Source: Phyllobates terribilis | Taxonomy: Eukaryota | Assembly (NCBI RefSeq): GCF_046119375.1 | Contig: NW_027362773.1 | Coordinates: 113,088,001 to 113,152,000, forward strand | Direction of reading: 5' to 3' | Length of the DNA stretch: 64,000 nt | Shown here: piece after piece, positions 24,686-37,853 of the stretch | Layout: the number at the start of each line of letters is the position of its first letter | Position numbering within the stretch: position 1 is the first letter of the stretch | The notes under the pieces: model-generated | What the model was told of the DNA's origin: nothing | What the model saw: the letters and a program-made list of their open reading frames with translations, nothing else | The model's database searches: none | Translations under genes and position numbers: made by a program

Positions 24686-26120
24686 TCAGCTTTAACAGAC
24701 AAATACCACCAGCATGTATAGTAGTGATAATACCACCATACTGATCATTAACCAAAACCTCTGTACTAGGACTGATATTACCACCATAAAGTGACCATAT
24801 AATGATAATATCAGGTCTACACCAGTGCTCTGCAGACCATATATGTGTATAATGTGCAGGTTCTCACCAGTTACGTTCTCGATGATTGTAATCATTCATA
24901 TTCCCTTTTCTTTTCCATTCGGCCCAGACCGCCATAATCTCTTCTTCCATCCATAACTCGTTCCTGCAAAGTGTAACAGGCATCTTCAGCTTACTGCTTT
25001 CCATCACCCTCCTCACATTCCACTACCATTACTCATTACTAGGACCCGCAATGGATGGCAGAGCCTTAGAAATGTTATCCCCATTACAAAGTAGAGCTGC
25101 AGGTCAGATGCTTGACTACCGATCCACTCTATTTGACTACTGGTCCCCTCTATTTGACTACCGGTCCACTCATTCTTTATAGGGCAGCCGGCAAAAGCTG
25201 AGCACAGTGTACGGCAGCCGTATAGGGAAAGAATAGAGGTCTGATTGAGCAAGTGAATATTAATGGGAATAAAAGCGCCCAGTTCTGCCGATCACTGCAG
25301 TTCCCAGCGGTCGGACGCCCACCGATCAGCAAGCTATTACCTGTCCTGCAGATAGGTGATAAGTTGTTTTCACTAGACAACCCCTTTAACTCTATTCATG
25401 CTTGGAACATTGTTATAAGATTGGGCTTAGTGAGGTCTTTAGCATTATGTACACATATGTACTATAAATTTGAGTTACTGTAAGTTACGTACTCCGATCC
25501 ACATGATAGGTGATAACTTATTGATCGATGGGCGGGAGCGTAAGTAGAAATCAAGGGACCAAATAGCAAAAGTTCTAATTGGGATGCCACCCCCCATATC
25601 CTCCTCCCCAAAAAAAAAGTAAGTGGGGAGCTATATAAACGTAATGTCCAGCTCAAAGAAAAGGGAGGCCGCACCCTAACCTGCAATGAGTGCAAAAACC
25701 TAAATGAAATGAACTGGAATATAAGTTGATACACACTGGTCATTAAACAGACGAAACCCAAGATAAGGGTTTTGTCTTATAAAACAAAAAAAGGGCATGG
25801 CCTCGCTTTTCTTTGAGATGGACATTATGTTTATATAGCTCTCCATGGCTGTGTGTCTATGAGTCGGGATCTCGGTCCTGCTTGGGCCCTTGTTCACATT
25901 TACGTCATTTGACATATGGTAAGGTTTTAATCCTAGAGGATAGGGCCGCCCCAAATAGGGTCACCTTGATGCTGTGGGATGGCTTTTACGGTTTTTTAAT
26001 CAAGATTTTGTTAACTAAGTACCCCATGTTATTCTCATGCACTATTGCTATTTATTTATTTACTGCAGGGTATTTGCTCGTTTTGTTCGTATCTTAGGTT
26101 TTGAAATAGAGGGTAGTTAG

Positions 26121-26740
26121 GGAGTGACAGATCCCGCACTACACATGGAGGACAGGTAGAGAGTGACAGATCCCGCACTACACATGGAGGACAGGTAGAG
26201 AGTGACAGACCCCGCACTACACATGGAGGACAGGTAGAGAGTGACAGACCCCGCACTACACATGGAGGACAGGTAGAGAGTGACAGACCCCGCACTACAC
26301 ATGGAGGACAGGTAGAGAGTGACAGACCCCGCACTACACATGGAGGACAGGTAGAGAGTGACAGACCCCGCACTACACATGGAGGACAGGTAGAGAGTGA
26401 CAGACCCCGCACTACACGTGGAGGACAGGTAGAGAGTGACAGACCCCGCACTACACATGGAGGACAGGCAGAGAGTGACAGACCCCACATTACACGTGGA
26501 GGACAGGCAGAGAGTGAAAGACCCCACATTACACAGGGAGGGGAGGTAGAGAGTGACAGACCCCGCACTACACATGGAGGACAGGTAGAGAGTGACAGTC
26601 CCCGCACTACACATGGAGGGCAGGTAGAGAGTGACAGATCCCGCACTACACATGGAGGACAGGTAGAGAGTGACAGACCCCGCACTACACATGGAGGACA
26701 GGTAGAGAGTGACAGATCCCACACTACACATGGAGGACAG
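26121..26740. repeat. 39-bp minisatellite, small array (~16 units)
   Basis: Unit GAGAGTGACAGACCCC(G/A)CACTACACATGGAGGACAGGTA. Confidence 0.95.
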
Positions 26741-27354
26741 TAAAGAACACCAATCATAAATGGGTAGTATAAATCACACCATGTGTGTAGATATAGGTAT
26801 GATATGTACCTTTTATTAATTACTACCCTATATGGACTAAATGCGACTCCATCTCCAAATATAGAACTACCAGAGAAAAAAGCGAAGACCGAATCAACAC
26901 TTCTATAGCAAAAAATGGTCAATATTTATTATGATACAAAGATCAGACATATACAAAGGTCAGTACAATATTATAAAAAAGGACAATAAAATCAATAACA
27001 GCCCTCTCTACATGTGACTCCACACAGGGACCCATAATATAGGTAATCCATGGCAGACCCAGATCCTATGTATTTAGTTTTATTATATCATATCTGCTAT
27101 ATATATATAACACACATAAGCATTAAAATGGATACTATATATGCTGATTACCCTCACTGCTGTATAGTGGAAACCAGTAGAAGTCATTTACCATATCACC
27201 CTCCTATTATCTACTATTATTGTCATGTGCGGTGCACTAGATGAATAGAGGGAACATAGATGTCCCCATTGTATGCTTACCGCAGCTCTCCAGTGTCCAA
27301 ATGTAATCACCAGGGGGCAATAGCACTGTTAGGGGTCCATAATGGGGAGGCACA

Positions 27355-30300
27355 TGTCGAGAGAGACAGACCCCGCACTACACATGGAGGACAGGTAGAG
27401 AGTGACAGAACCCGCACTACACATGGAGGACAGGTAGAGAGTGACAGACCCCACATTACACATGGAGGACAGGAAGAGAGTGACAGACCCCACATTACAC
27501 ATGGAGGACAGGTAGAGAGTGACAGACCCCACACTACACATGGAGGACAGGTAGAGAGTGACAGACCCCACACTACACATGGAGGACAGGTAGAGAGTGA
27601 CAGACCCCGCACTACACATGGAGGACAGGTAGAGAGTGACAGACCCCGCACTACACATGGAGGACAGGTAGAGAGTGACAGACCTCGCACTACACATGGA
27701 GGACAGGTAGAGAGTGACAGATCCCACACTACACATGGAGGACAGGTAGAGAGTGACAGACCCCACACTACACATGGAGGACAGGTAGAGAGTGACAGAC
27801 CCCACACTATACATGGAGGACAGGCAGAGAGTGACAAACCCCGCACTACACATGGAGGACAGGTAGAGAGTGACAGACCCCACACTACACATGGAGGACA
27901 GGTATAGAGTGACAGACCCCACACTACACATGGAGGACAGGTATAGAGTGACAGACCCCACACTACACATGGAGGACAGGTATAGAGTGACAGACCCCAC
28001 ATTACACATGGAGGACAGGTAGAGAGTGACAGACCCCGCACTACACATGGAGGACAGGTAGAGAGTGACAGACCCCACATTACACATGGAGGACAGGTAG
28101 AGAGTGACAGACCCCACATTACACATGGAGGACAGGTAGAGAGTGACAGACCCCACACTACACATGGAGGACAGGTAGAGAGTGACAGATCCCACACTAC
28201 ACATGGAGGACAGGTAGAGAGTGACAGACCCCGCACTACACATGGAGGACAGGTAGAGAGTGACAGACCCCACACTATACATGGAGGACAGGTAGAGAGT
28301 GACAGACCCCGCACTACAAATGGAGGACAGGTAGAGAGTGACAGACCCCACACTATACATGGAGGACAGGCAGAGAGTGACAAACCCCGCACTACAAATG
28401 GAGGACAGGTAGAGAGTGACAGACCCCACACTACACATGGAGGACAGGTATAGAGTGACAGACCCCACACTACACATGGAGGACAGGTATAGAGTGACAG
28501 ACCCCACATTACACATGGAGGACAGGTATAGATTGACAGACCCCGCACTACACATGGAGGACAGGTATAGATTGACAGACCCCGCACTACACATGGAGGA
28601 CAGGTAGAGAGTGACAGACCCCACACTACACATGGAGGACAGGTAGAGAGTGACAGACCCCGCACTACACATGGAGGACAGGTAGAGTGACAGACCCCAC
28701 ATTACACATGGAGGACAGGTATAGAGTGACAGACCCCACATTACACATGGAGGACAGGTAGAGAGTGACAGACCCCACACTACACATGGAGGGCAGGTAG
28801 AGAGTGACAGACCCCACACTACACATGGAGGACAGGTAGAGAGTGACAGACCCCACTTTACACATGGAGGACAGGTATAGAGTGACAGACCCCACATTAC
28901 ACATGGAGGACAGGTAGAGAGTGACAGACCCCACACTACACTACACATGGAGGACAGGTAGAGAGTGACAGACCCCACATTACACATGGAGGACAGGCAG
29001 AGAGTGACAGACCCCACATTACACATGGAGGACAGGTAGAGAGTGACAGACCCCACACTACACATGGAGGACAGGTAGAGAGTGACAGACCCCACACTAC
29101 ACATGGAGGACAGGTAGAGAGTGACAGACCCCGCACTACACATGGAGGACAGGTAGAGAGTGACAGACCCCGCACTACACATGGAGGACAGGTAGAGAGT
29201 GACAGACCCCGCACTACACATGGAGGACAGGTAGAGTGACAGACCCCACATTACACATGGAGGACAGGTATAGAGTGACAGACCCCACATTACACATGGA
29301 GGACAGGTAGAGAGTGACAGACCCCACACTACACATGGAGGACAGGTAGAGAGTGACAGACCCCGCACTACACATGGAGGACAGGTAGAGAGTGACAGAC
29401 CCCGCACTACACATGGAGGACAGGTAGAGAGTGACAGACCCCGCACTACACATGGAGGACAGGTAGAGTGACAGACCCCACATTACACATGGAGGACAGG
29501 TATAGAGTGACAGACCCCACATTACACATGGAGGACAGGTAGAGAGTGACAGACCCCACACTACACATGGAGGGCAGGTAGAGAGTGACAGACCCCGCAC
29601 TACACATGGAGGACAGGTAGAGAGTGACAGACCCCACTTTACACATGGAGGACAGGTATAGAGTGACAGACCCCACATTACACATGGAGGACAGGTAGAG
29701 AGTGACAGACCCCACACTACACTACACATGGAGGACAGGTAGAGAGTGACAGACCCCACATTACACATGGAGGACAGGCAGAGAGTGACAGACCCCACAT
29801 TACACATGGAGGACAGGTAGAGAGTGACAGACCCCACACTACACATGGAGGACAGGTAGAGAGTGACAGACCCCACACTACACATGGAGGACAGGTACAG
29901 AGTGACAGACCCCGCACTACACATGGAGGACAGGTAGAGAGTGACAGACCCCGCACTACACATGGAGGACAGGTAGAGAGTGACAGACCTCGCACTACAC
30001 ATGGAGGACAGGTAGAGAGTGACAGATCCCACACTACACATGGAGGACAGGTAGAGAGTGACAGACCCCACACTACACATGGAGGACAGGTAGAGAGTGA
30101 CAGACCCCACACTATACATGGAGGACAGGCAGAGAGTGACAAACCCCGCACTACAAATGGAGGACAGGTAGAGAGTGACAGACCCCACACTACACATGGA
30201 GGACAGGTATAGAGTGACAGACCCCACACTACACATGGAGGACAGGTATAGAGTGACAGACCCCACACTACACATGGAGGACAGGTATAGAGTGACAGAC

Positions 30301-32493
30301 CCCACACTACACATGGAGGACAGGTATAGAGTGACAGACCCCACATTACACATGGAGGACAGGTAGAGAGTGACAGACCCCGCACTACACATGGAGGACA
30401 GGTAGAGAGTGACAGACCCCACATTACACATGGAGGACAGGTAGAGAGTGACAGACCCCACACTACACATGGAGGACAGGTAGAGAGTGACAGACCCCAC
30501 ACTACACATGGAGGACAGGTACAGAGTGACAGACCCCGCACTACACATGGAGGACAGGTAGAGAGTGACAGAACCCGCACTACACATGGAGGACAGGTAG
30601 AGAGTGACAGACCTCGCACTACACATGGAGGACAGGTAGAGAGTGACAGACCCCGCACTATACATGGAGGACAGGCAGAGAGTGACAAACCCCGCACTAC
30701 AAATGGAGGACAGGTAGAGAGTGACAGACCCCACACTACACATGGAGGACAGGTATAGAGTGACAGACCCCACACTACACATGGAGGACAGGTATAGAGT
30801 GACAGACCCCACATTACACATGGAGGACAGGTAGAGAGTGACAGACCCCACATTACACATGGAGGACAGGTAGAGAGTGACAGACCCCACACTACACATG
30901 GAGGACAGGTAGAGAGTGACAGATCCCACACTACACATAGAGGACAGGTAGAGAGTGACAGATCCCACACTACACATGGAGGACAGGTATAGAGTGACAG
31001 ATCCCACACTACACATGGAGGACAGGTATAGAGTGACAGACCCCACATTACACATGGAGGACAGGTAGAGAGTGACAGACCCCACACTACACATGGAGGA
31101 CAGGTAGAGAGTGACAGATCCCACACTACACATAGAGGACAGGTAGAGAGTGACAGATCCCACACTACACATGGAGGACAGGTAGAGAGTGACAGACCCC
31201 ACACTACACATGGAGGACAGGTAGAGAGTGACAGACCCCACACTATACATGGAGGACAGGTAGAGAGTGACAGACCCCACACTACACATGGAGGACAGGT
31301 AGAGAGTGACAGACCCCGCACTACACATGGAGGACAGGTAGAGAGTGACAGACCCCACACTGTACATGGAGGACAGGTAGAGAGTGACAGACCCCGCACT
31401 ACAAATGGAGGACAGGTAGAGAGTGACAGACCCCACACTACACATGGAGGACAGGTATAGAGTGACAGACCCCACACTACACATGGAGGACAGGTATAGA
31501 GTGACAGACCCCGCACTACACATAGAGGACAGGTAGAGAGTGACAGATCCCACACTACACATGGAGGACAGGTAGAGAGTGACAGATCCCACACTACACA
31601 TAGAGGACAGGTATAGATTGACAGACCCCGCACTACACATGGAGGACAGGTATAGATTGACAGACCCCGCACTACACATGGAGGACAGGTAGAGAGTGAC
31701 AGACCCCACACTACACATGGAGGACAGGTAGAGAGTGACAGACCCCGCACTACACATGGAGGACAGGTAGAGTGACAGACCCCACATTACACATGGAGGA
31801 CAGGTATAGAGTGACAGACCCCACATTACACATGGAGGACAGGTAGAGAGTGACAGACCCCACACTACACATGGAGGACAGGTAGAGAGTGACAGACCCC
31901 ACTTTACACATGGAGGACAGGTATAGAGTGACAGACCCCACATTACACATGGAGGACAGGTAGAGAGTGACAGACCCCACACTACACTAGACATGGAGGA
32001 CAGGTAGAGAGTGACAGACCCCACACTACACATGGAGGGCAGGTAGAGAGTGACAGACCCCACACTACACATAGAGGACAGGTAGAGAGTGACAGACCCC
32101 GCACTACACATGGAGGACAGGTAGAGAGTGACAGACCCCACACTACACATGGAGGGCAGGTAGAGAGTGACAGACCCCACACTACACATGGAGGGCAGGT
32201 AGAGAGTGACAGACCCCGCACTACACATGGAGGACAGGTAGAGAGTGACAGACCCCACACTACACTACACATGGAGGACAGGTAGAGAGTGACAGACCCC
32301 ACATTACACATGGAGGACAGGCAGAGAGTGACAGACCCCACATTACACATGGAGGACAGGTAGAGAGTGACAGACCCCACACTACACATGGAGGACAGGT
32401 AGAGAGTGACAGACCCCACACTACACATGGAGGACAGGTACAGAGTGACAGACCCCACACTACACATGGAGGGCAGGTAGAGAGTGACAGACC
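27355..32493. repeat. 39-bp minisatellite, large array (~130 units) with higher-order repeats
   Basis: Same unit and orientation as 26121-26740, with recurrent 37-bp and 44-bp variant units. Confidence 0.97.
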
Positions 32494-32519
32494 CTTACAC
32501 ACTGAGCTCTGCTATGTGC

Positions 32520-32640
32520 AGACACACTCTGACTCCTCCCACATAGGGGACTGGTCACATGATCATGACATCAGGAAAGGTCCTTCAGTCAGTTGAGATC
32601 AGGAGTAGGTGGGGAGGACGCAGCTCTGTCTTCTGTGAGT
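32520..32640 (+). promoter_or_regulatory. Putative ZDHHC24 promoter and non-coding first exon
   Basis: E-box-like GGTCACATGATC (~32552), donor GTGAGT at 32635-32640, CpG-richer DNA downstream. The first coding exon has its own acceptor (34272), so an upstream exon is required. Confidence 0.45.
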
Positions 32641-33250
32641 AACGTCCCTGGTCGCCCGACATCAGGACGTGTGTGGTGTGCAGGTATCCGCTCCTCCGTT
32701 GCCTTCCCTGCATCTGGTCACATAGGGCCGGGTGTGACGATGGCAGGTCCTGTATAGTGTGGAGGGCACATGACGGCGCTGGGGTCCTACTCTAGAAACT
32801 CAGCGTCTTAGACTGCATGCACACGATGAGTTTTTGACGCTGCTTATTTTTGCTGCGGTGCTTGTTTCAAATCCGCAACATATCAGCTTCTCTTGCGGGT
32901 CCGCTGCGTTTTATGTGCAGATTGTTCCCAAAGACTTGTATTAGATGCGGAAAATCAGCAGGAAAAAGAATACGAGTTTCTGTGGCAAAAATGCCCTAAA
33001 TCTCATGTAATCCCCTTTTCTTTTGGGAATGGGCTGTTACAGATCGCATCCTTATATACAATTTTTATGCAGTTCGATAGATTACAGGTGCATAAAAAAA
33101 TTTAAAAAGGGGGAAAAAATTACATGTTTTATTGGTGCATTAATTGTAAAAATTAACTTTTTAGACTTATTCATAAAAGTTGGACTCCACTTTTAATGCA
33201 TTTTGTGCTCCAAGTTAAGCTACTCGGCTAGTCCCTGTTTTAGGAAGCTG

Positions 33251-33500
33251 CACGGTGGCTCAGTGAGTAGCACTGAATAGTGGCTCAGTGGTTAGCACTG
33301 CAGCCTTGCAGCGCTGGGGTCCTGAGTTCTAATCCCCCCAAGGACGACATCTGCTAGGAGTTTGTATGTTCTCCCTGTGTTTGTGTGGGTTTCCTCCGGG
33401 TTCTCCGGTTTCCTCCCACACTCCAAAGACATACTGATAGGGAATGTAGATTGTGAGCCCCAATGGGTACAGTGATAATGTCTGTAAATCGCTGTGTCAA
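33251..33500 (+). mobile_element. V-SINE, second copy
   Basis: Homologous to 1681-1963: duplicated A box, B box, V-domain and the start of the L2-type tail. Confidence 0.75.
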
Positions 33501-33529
33501 AAAAGCAGGCGTAGTGCAGACCATACCCC

Positions 33530-33660
33530 ATGCTCCTCCTGGACCCTTCTTCTGCTTTTGACACAATGAATCACTCTGTCTTACCAACTCTCTCATACCT
33601 TGGCTGTGCAGACCTTGCCCTCTCCTGGGTCTCCTCATATCTCACCAACCGCACATTAAG
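33530..33660 (+). mobile_element. L2/CR1 reverse transcriptase fragment
   Basis: LLLDPSSAFDTMNH...ALSWVSSYLTNRT matches the [13 protein letters not shown]...[13 protein letters not shown] segment of the L2 elements in this window. Confidence 0.6.
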
Positions 33661-34282
33661 GCCACGTTCACACGTTCAGTATTTGAAAGCCAAAATCTGT
33701 AATTCTAAAGCCTCTCACCTAGCCAAATCAGAGCTCATACTTTGCACTGATGAGGGTCAATCACCTAGAAACACTGTGTCTTCAAATTGAGATTTTGGTT
33801 TTGGCTTTTATCCTAAGTCATATTGTACGGCTCGTTAAAGAATCGATATTGACTTTTAGGATCGCTGCTTCCAATAGGTGGGGCTAAGGTTCTAGTCTTC
33901 TTCCTCTCTGAAGAGACAATTTGCATATTTAATTTCCCAGAGGAGTATGCATGGCCTATATGTCTCCTCACTTTGACATGCCAGGCTTGGCTTGTCACTC
34001 TCCATAAGGAGAAACATTACCCCTTAGGCCCTAATTTGTAAGCCAAAAAGTAGAACAAATAGAGGAAAAGTATAATAGAAACACGTCACCCCTTCTGTAT
34101 TTCTCACCCACTCCTGGATTTGACTTACAAATACTGATGTAAAATACTGACCAAATACTGAACGTGTGACCGTGGCCTTAGCGTTGTAACTAATGTTTCT
34201 AAATATATTGGATTTTGCTCTATACTTTTTTATTCATGATGTATCTATCCCCTTTTCTATTTTTTTTTTCAGGTATTTCACT

Positions 34283-34530
34283 ATGCAGTGGCGCCGCTTG
34301 GACCCCGCGCAGGTCTTACCTGTGGTCATCACATGCGTTCTTGTATCCTCTGTGACATTGGAAGTGTTTTATCTAATATTCACTACCCCGGGGGGTGCAC
34401 AGTTGCCCCTTCTAGTGGTGACATTGTACCTCTTATTTAACGTGGTGGGGAATATGGTGAAGTTTGTCCAGAGTAATTCCACTATTAAAGGAGTCTTCCT
34501 GGAGCGTGGGAGTCTGGGGCAGGGCTGGGT
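34283..34530 (+). CDS. ZDHHC24: Palmitoyltransferase ZDHHC24, coding exon 1
   Basis: Acceptor at 34271-34272, ATG at 34283. Translates to MQWRRLDPAQVLPVV...SNSTIKGVFLERGSLGQGW, with a phase-2 GTGAGT donor at 34531. Resembles human ZDHHC24 SDPSIRGVMLAGRGLGQGW (from memory). Confidence 0.92.
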
Positions 34531-35256
34531 GTGAGTATACAGAGTATATATTATATTCTATCTTACTAGATGGTTCTTTGGATCGAATACACTAAAATGG
34601 CCACTAGTGTGAATTAGTGGCTAATCAGATTTTCTAGGATTTTTTTCTTTATATACCTTTTAACCTGTTAACCCTCACTACCCTTCCTTCTGAAAATTTC
34701 CAATTTTTTTTTTTTATTATTAATAATAATATAGTATCATCAAAGAGTTGTTAACCGAGGTGCGGGTAAGGTATCCCAGAAGGCACTAAGAGCCATAGAA
34801 ATACAAAAAAAAACGTGCCAGGGCTAAAGTTATAAGATTATTTGGTTAAAAACTAATGAACTTTATTAGATAGATATAAAAAACATGCAAAAAACAATAA
34901 TAATCCATCCACACGTGATCTTCTGAGGATTTTATACAGAACCATGTAAAACCATCTGTGCCGTGTAATACATTATTTAAAAAAAATGCCATCGAGAAAG
35001 ACATTGCCCAAAAAAAAATACTTTCAACACAAAAACATGATGTAAGCAATAGGTAATTTTCTGATGATCGCTTCCCGTTAAGGCTTACATGAAACAATGG
35101 CTATCCTAATGTAAGGAAACGAGCCTGAGAAATACAATACTAATCTCAGGGTCAGGTCTTCTCCATAAAAATCCGGCATTTATGTTTTTATTGACGTCTG
35201 CCATTCCCCATTTTCCTCGCAGGCTCGCTTGTGATGATTCCTTTTATCTTCTGTAG

Positions 35257-35534
35257 GTATTGCTATGGATGCCAAACCCACATGCCGCCGAGATGCCACC
35301 ACTGCTATGACTGTAACGTGTGCGTGCTGCGACGCGACCACCATTGCACCCTCCTTGGAACGTGCGTTGGCTTCTCGAACTATCGCTACTTCTTTTGTGC
35401 ATTGCTGTATGGGCTGCTGGCGCTGCTTCTTGCCACCGTTCTCAATGCTGAAATTTTCATGGATTTGCTTCATCAGGGCTTCAGCCTCCACAGCCTCTTC
35501 CTGCTCCTTTTGCCATGGATGATGTTCATTACGG
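35257..35534 (+). CDS. ZDHHC24: Palmitoyltransferase ZDHHC24, coding exon 2 (DHHC-CRD)
   Basis: YCYGCQTHMPPRCHHCYDCNVCVLRRDHHCTLLGTCVGFSNYRYF, with DHHC at 35336-35347. Canonical AG/GT, phases 2 and 1 consistent with the flanking exons. Confidence 0.95.
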
Positions 35535-35639
35535 GTAAAGGTTTTCGATCATACCTTTTAAAAAAAGCTCTCAGCCCAAAATGACTGTTTGGTGCACCCT
35601 TAGGCGTTTGGTGCACCCTTAGTGTGGCTGAGCAGTTCA

Positions 35640-36020
35640 GTGTACCTTCTCACCTACTTGTTTTCCATCTCTCAGATCAGATATAAAAAAAATGTACACA
35701 AGAACCGCATATGCTGAAAAATATACATAAATCTTTATTAAAAAAAACAATACAAGAATTGCATAAAAGACTGATAAAAAATGGGAAACCACAAGATGGC
35801 GCCACCCACCCACAGAATAGCTATTTAGGGAGATAGTTGCATTGTGCTCTTAACCTAGACAATATAGCACTTGAATATACCCTGAAACTACTGCGCTAAG
35901 TCTCAGAGAGCAGGGTAAAGAACAAAAATGGATAGAAAAGCACATGTAGCACAAGGTCTTACCTCCTGTGGGTGGTGGTGCTTGCCCTGACGCGCGTTTC
36001 GACGCACTGGCTTCTGGAGT
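35640..36020 (-). mobile_element. Penelope-like pseudo-LTR remnant with a degenerate hammerhead
   Basis: Minus strand CCAGAAGCCAGTGCGTCGAAACGCGCGTCAGG (35986-36017) followed by a splice donor AGGTAAG. The CUGANGA core is incomplete. Confidence 0.45.
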
Positions 36021-36222
36021 AAATTAAAAAAAAATAAGAAAGAAATGATTATAGTCACCACATACATAATTTTCCGTATGTGCCGTTATTGTTGACAAGC
36101 CCTCCCTTTAACGCTTTAGTTTTCTGTATATAGACTATCATTAGGTGCGTAAATTCCGCAAGTAAAAAACACACATCCGCAGTGGAAACGCATCAAAAGT
36201 GCATGTAATCTGCACCTACGTA

Positions 36223-37853
36223 CAGTACAGACCAAAAGTTTGGACACACTTTCTCATTTAAAGATTTTTCTGTATTTTCTTGACTATGAAAATTGTACAT
36301 TCACACTGAAGGCATCAAAACTATGAATTAACACATGTGGAATTATATACTTAACAAAAAAGGGTGAAACAACTGAAAATATGTCTTATATTCTAGGTTC
36401 TTCAAAGTAGCCACCTTTTGCTTTGATGACTGCTTTGCACACTCTTGGCATTCTCTTGATGAGCTTCAAGAGGTAGTCACCGGAAATGGTCTTCCAACAA
36501 TCTTGAAGGTGTTCCCAGAGATGCTTAGCACTTGTTGGCCCTTTTGCCTTCACTCTGGGGTCCAGCTCACCCCAAACCATCTCGATTGGGTTCAGGTCTG
36601 GTGACTGTGGAGGCCAGGTCATCTGGCATAGCACCCCATCACTCTCCTTCTTGGTCAAATAGCCCTTACACAGCCTGGAGGTGTGTTTGAGGTCATTGTC
36701 CTTTTGAAAAATAAATGATGGTCCAACTAAACGCAAACCGGATGGAATAGCATGCCGCTGCAAGATGCTGTGGTAGCCATGCTGGTCCAGTATGCCTTCA
36801 ATTTTGAATAAATCCCCAACAGTGTCACCAGCAAAGCACCCCCACACCATCACACCTCCTCCTCCATGCTTCATGGTGGGAACCAGGCATGTAGAGTCCA
36901 TCCGTTCACCTTTTCTGCGTCGCACAAAGACTCTGTGGTTGGAACCAAAGATCTCAAATTTGGACTCATCAGACCAAAGCACAGATTTCCACTGGTCTAA
37001 TGTCCATTCCTTGTGTTCTTTAGCCCAAACAAGTCTCTTCTGCTTGTTGCCTGTCCTTAGCAGTGGTTTCCTAGCAGCTATTTTACCATGAAGGCCTGCT
37101 GCACAAAGTCTCCTCTTAACAGTTGTTGAAGAGATGTGTCTGCTGCTAGAACTCTGTGTGGCATTGACCTGGTCTCTAATCTGAGCTGCTGTTAACCTGC
37201 GATTTCTGAGGCTGGTGACTCGGATAAACTTATCCTCAGAAGCAGAGGTGACTCTTGGTCTTCCTTTCCTGGGGCGGTCCTCATGTGAACCAGTTTCTTT
37301 GTAGCGCTTGATGGTTTTTGCAACTGCACTTGGGGACACATTCAAAGGTTTGCCCAATTTTTCGGACTGACTGACCTTCATTTCTTAAAGTAATGATGGC
37401 CACTCATTTTTCTTTACTTAGCTGCTTTTTTCTTGCCATAATACAAATTCTAACAGTCTATTCAGTAGGACTATCAGCTGTGTATCCACCAGACTTCTGC
37501 ACATCACAACTGATGGTCCCAACCCCATTTATAAGGCAAGAAATCCCACTTATTAAACCTGACAGGGCACACCTGTGAAGTGAAAACCATTTCCGGTGAC
37601 TACCTCTTGAAGCTCATCAAGAGAATGCCAAGAGTGTGCAAAGCAGTCATCAAAGCAAAAGGTGGCTACTTTGAAGAACCTAGAATATAAGACATATTTT
37701 CAGTTGTTTCACACTTTTTTGTTAAGTATATAATTCCACATGTGTTAATTCATAGTTTTGATGCCTTCAGTGTGAATGTACAATTTTCATAATCATGAAA
37801 ATACAGAAAAATCTTTAAATGAGAAGGTGTGTCCAAACTTTTTGTCTGTACTG
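36223..37853 (-). mobile_element. Tc1 transposon with ~268-bp TIRs, in ZDHHC24 intron 2
   Basis: TA TSDs; TIRs 36223-36490 and 37586-37853. Transposase ATG at 37438 with a TGA at codon 12 and a +1 frameshift, then an open 331-aa frame (36386-37381) with DD34E. Confidence 0.95.

Noticed and set aside
26121-32493. CRISPR-like regular repeat
   Set aside because: Head-to-tail units with no unique spacers, no cas genes, and a eukaryotic context.
26056-32502. Very long Cys-rich ORFs (up to 1014 aa; CPPCVVRGLSLST and MCSVGSVTLYLSS repeats) suggesting a keratin-associated or cornified-envelope protein
   Set aside because: They result from a 39-bp unit that is stop-free in two minus frames. The 37- and 44-bp variants shift frame freely, and no signal peptide, splice context or codon-position bias is evident.
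36386-37381. Intact active Tc1 transposase (331-aa ORF)
   Set aside because: The true start is at 37438. A TGA at codon 12 and a +1 frameshift remove the correct N-terminus, so the listed Met is out of frame with the native start.
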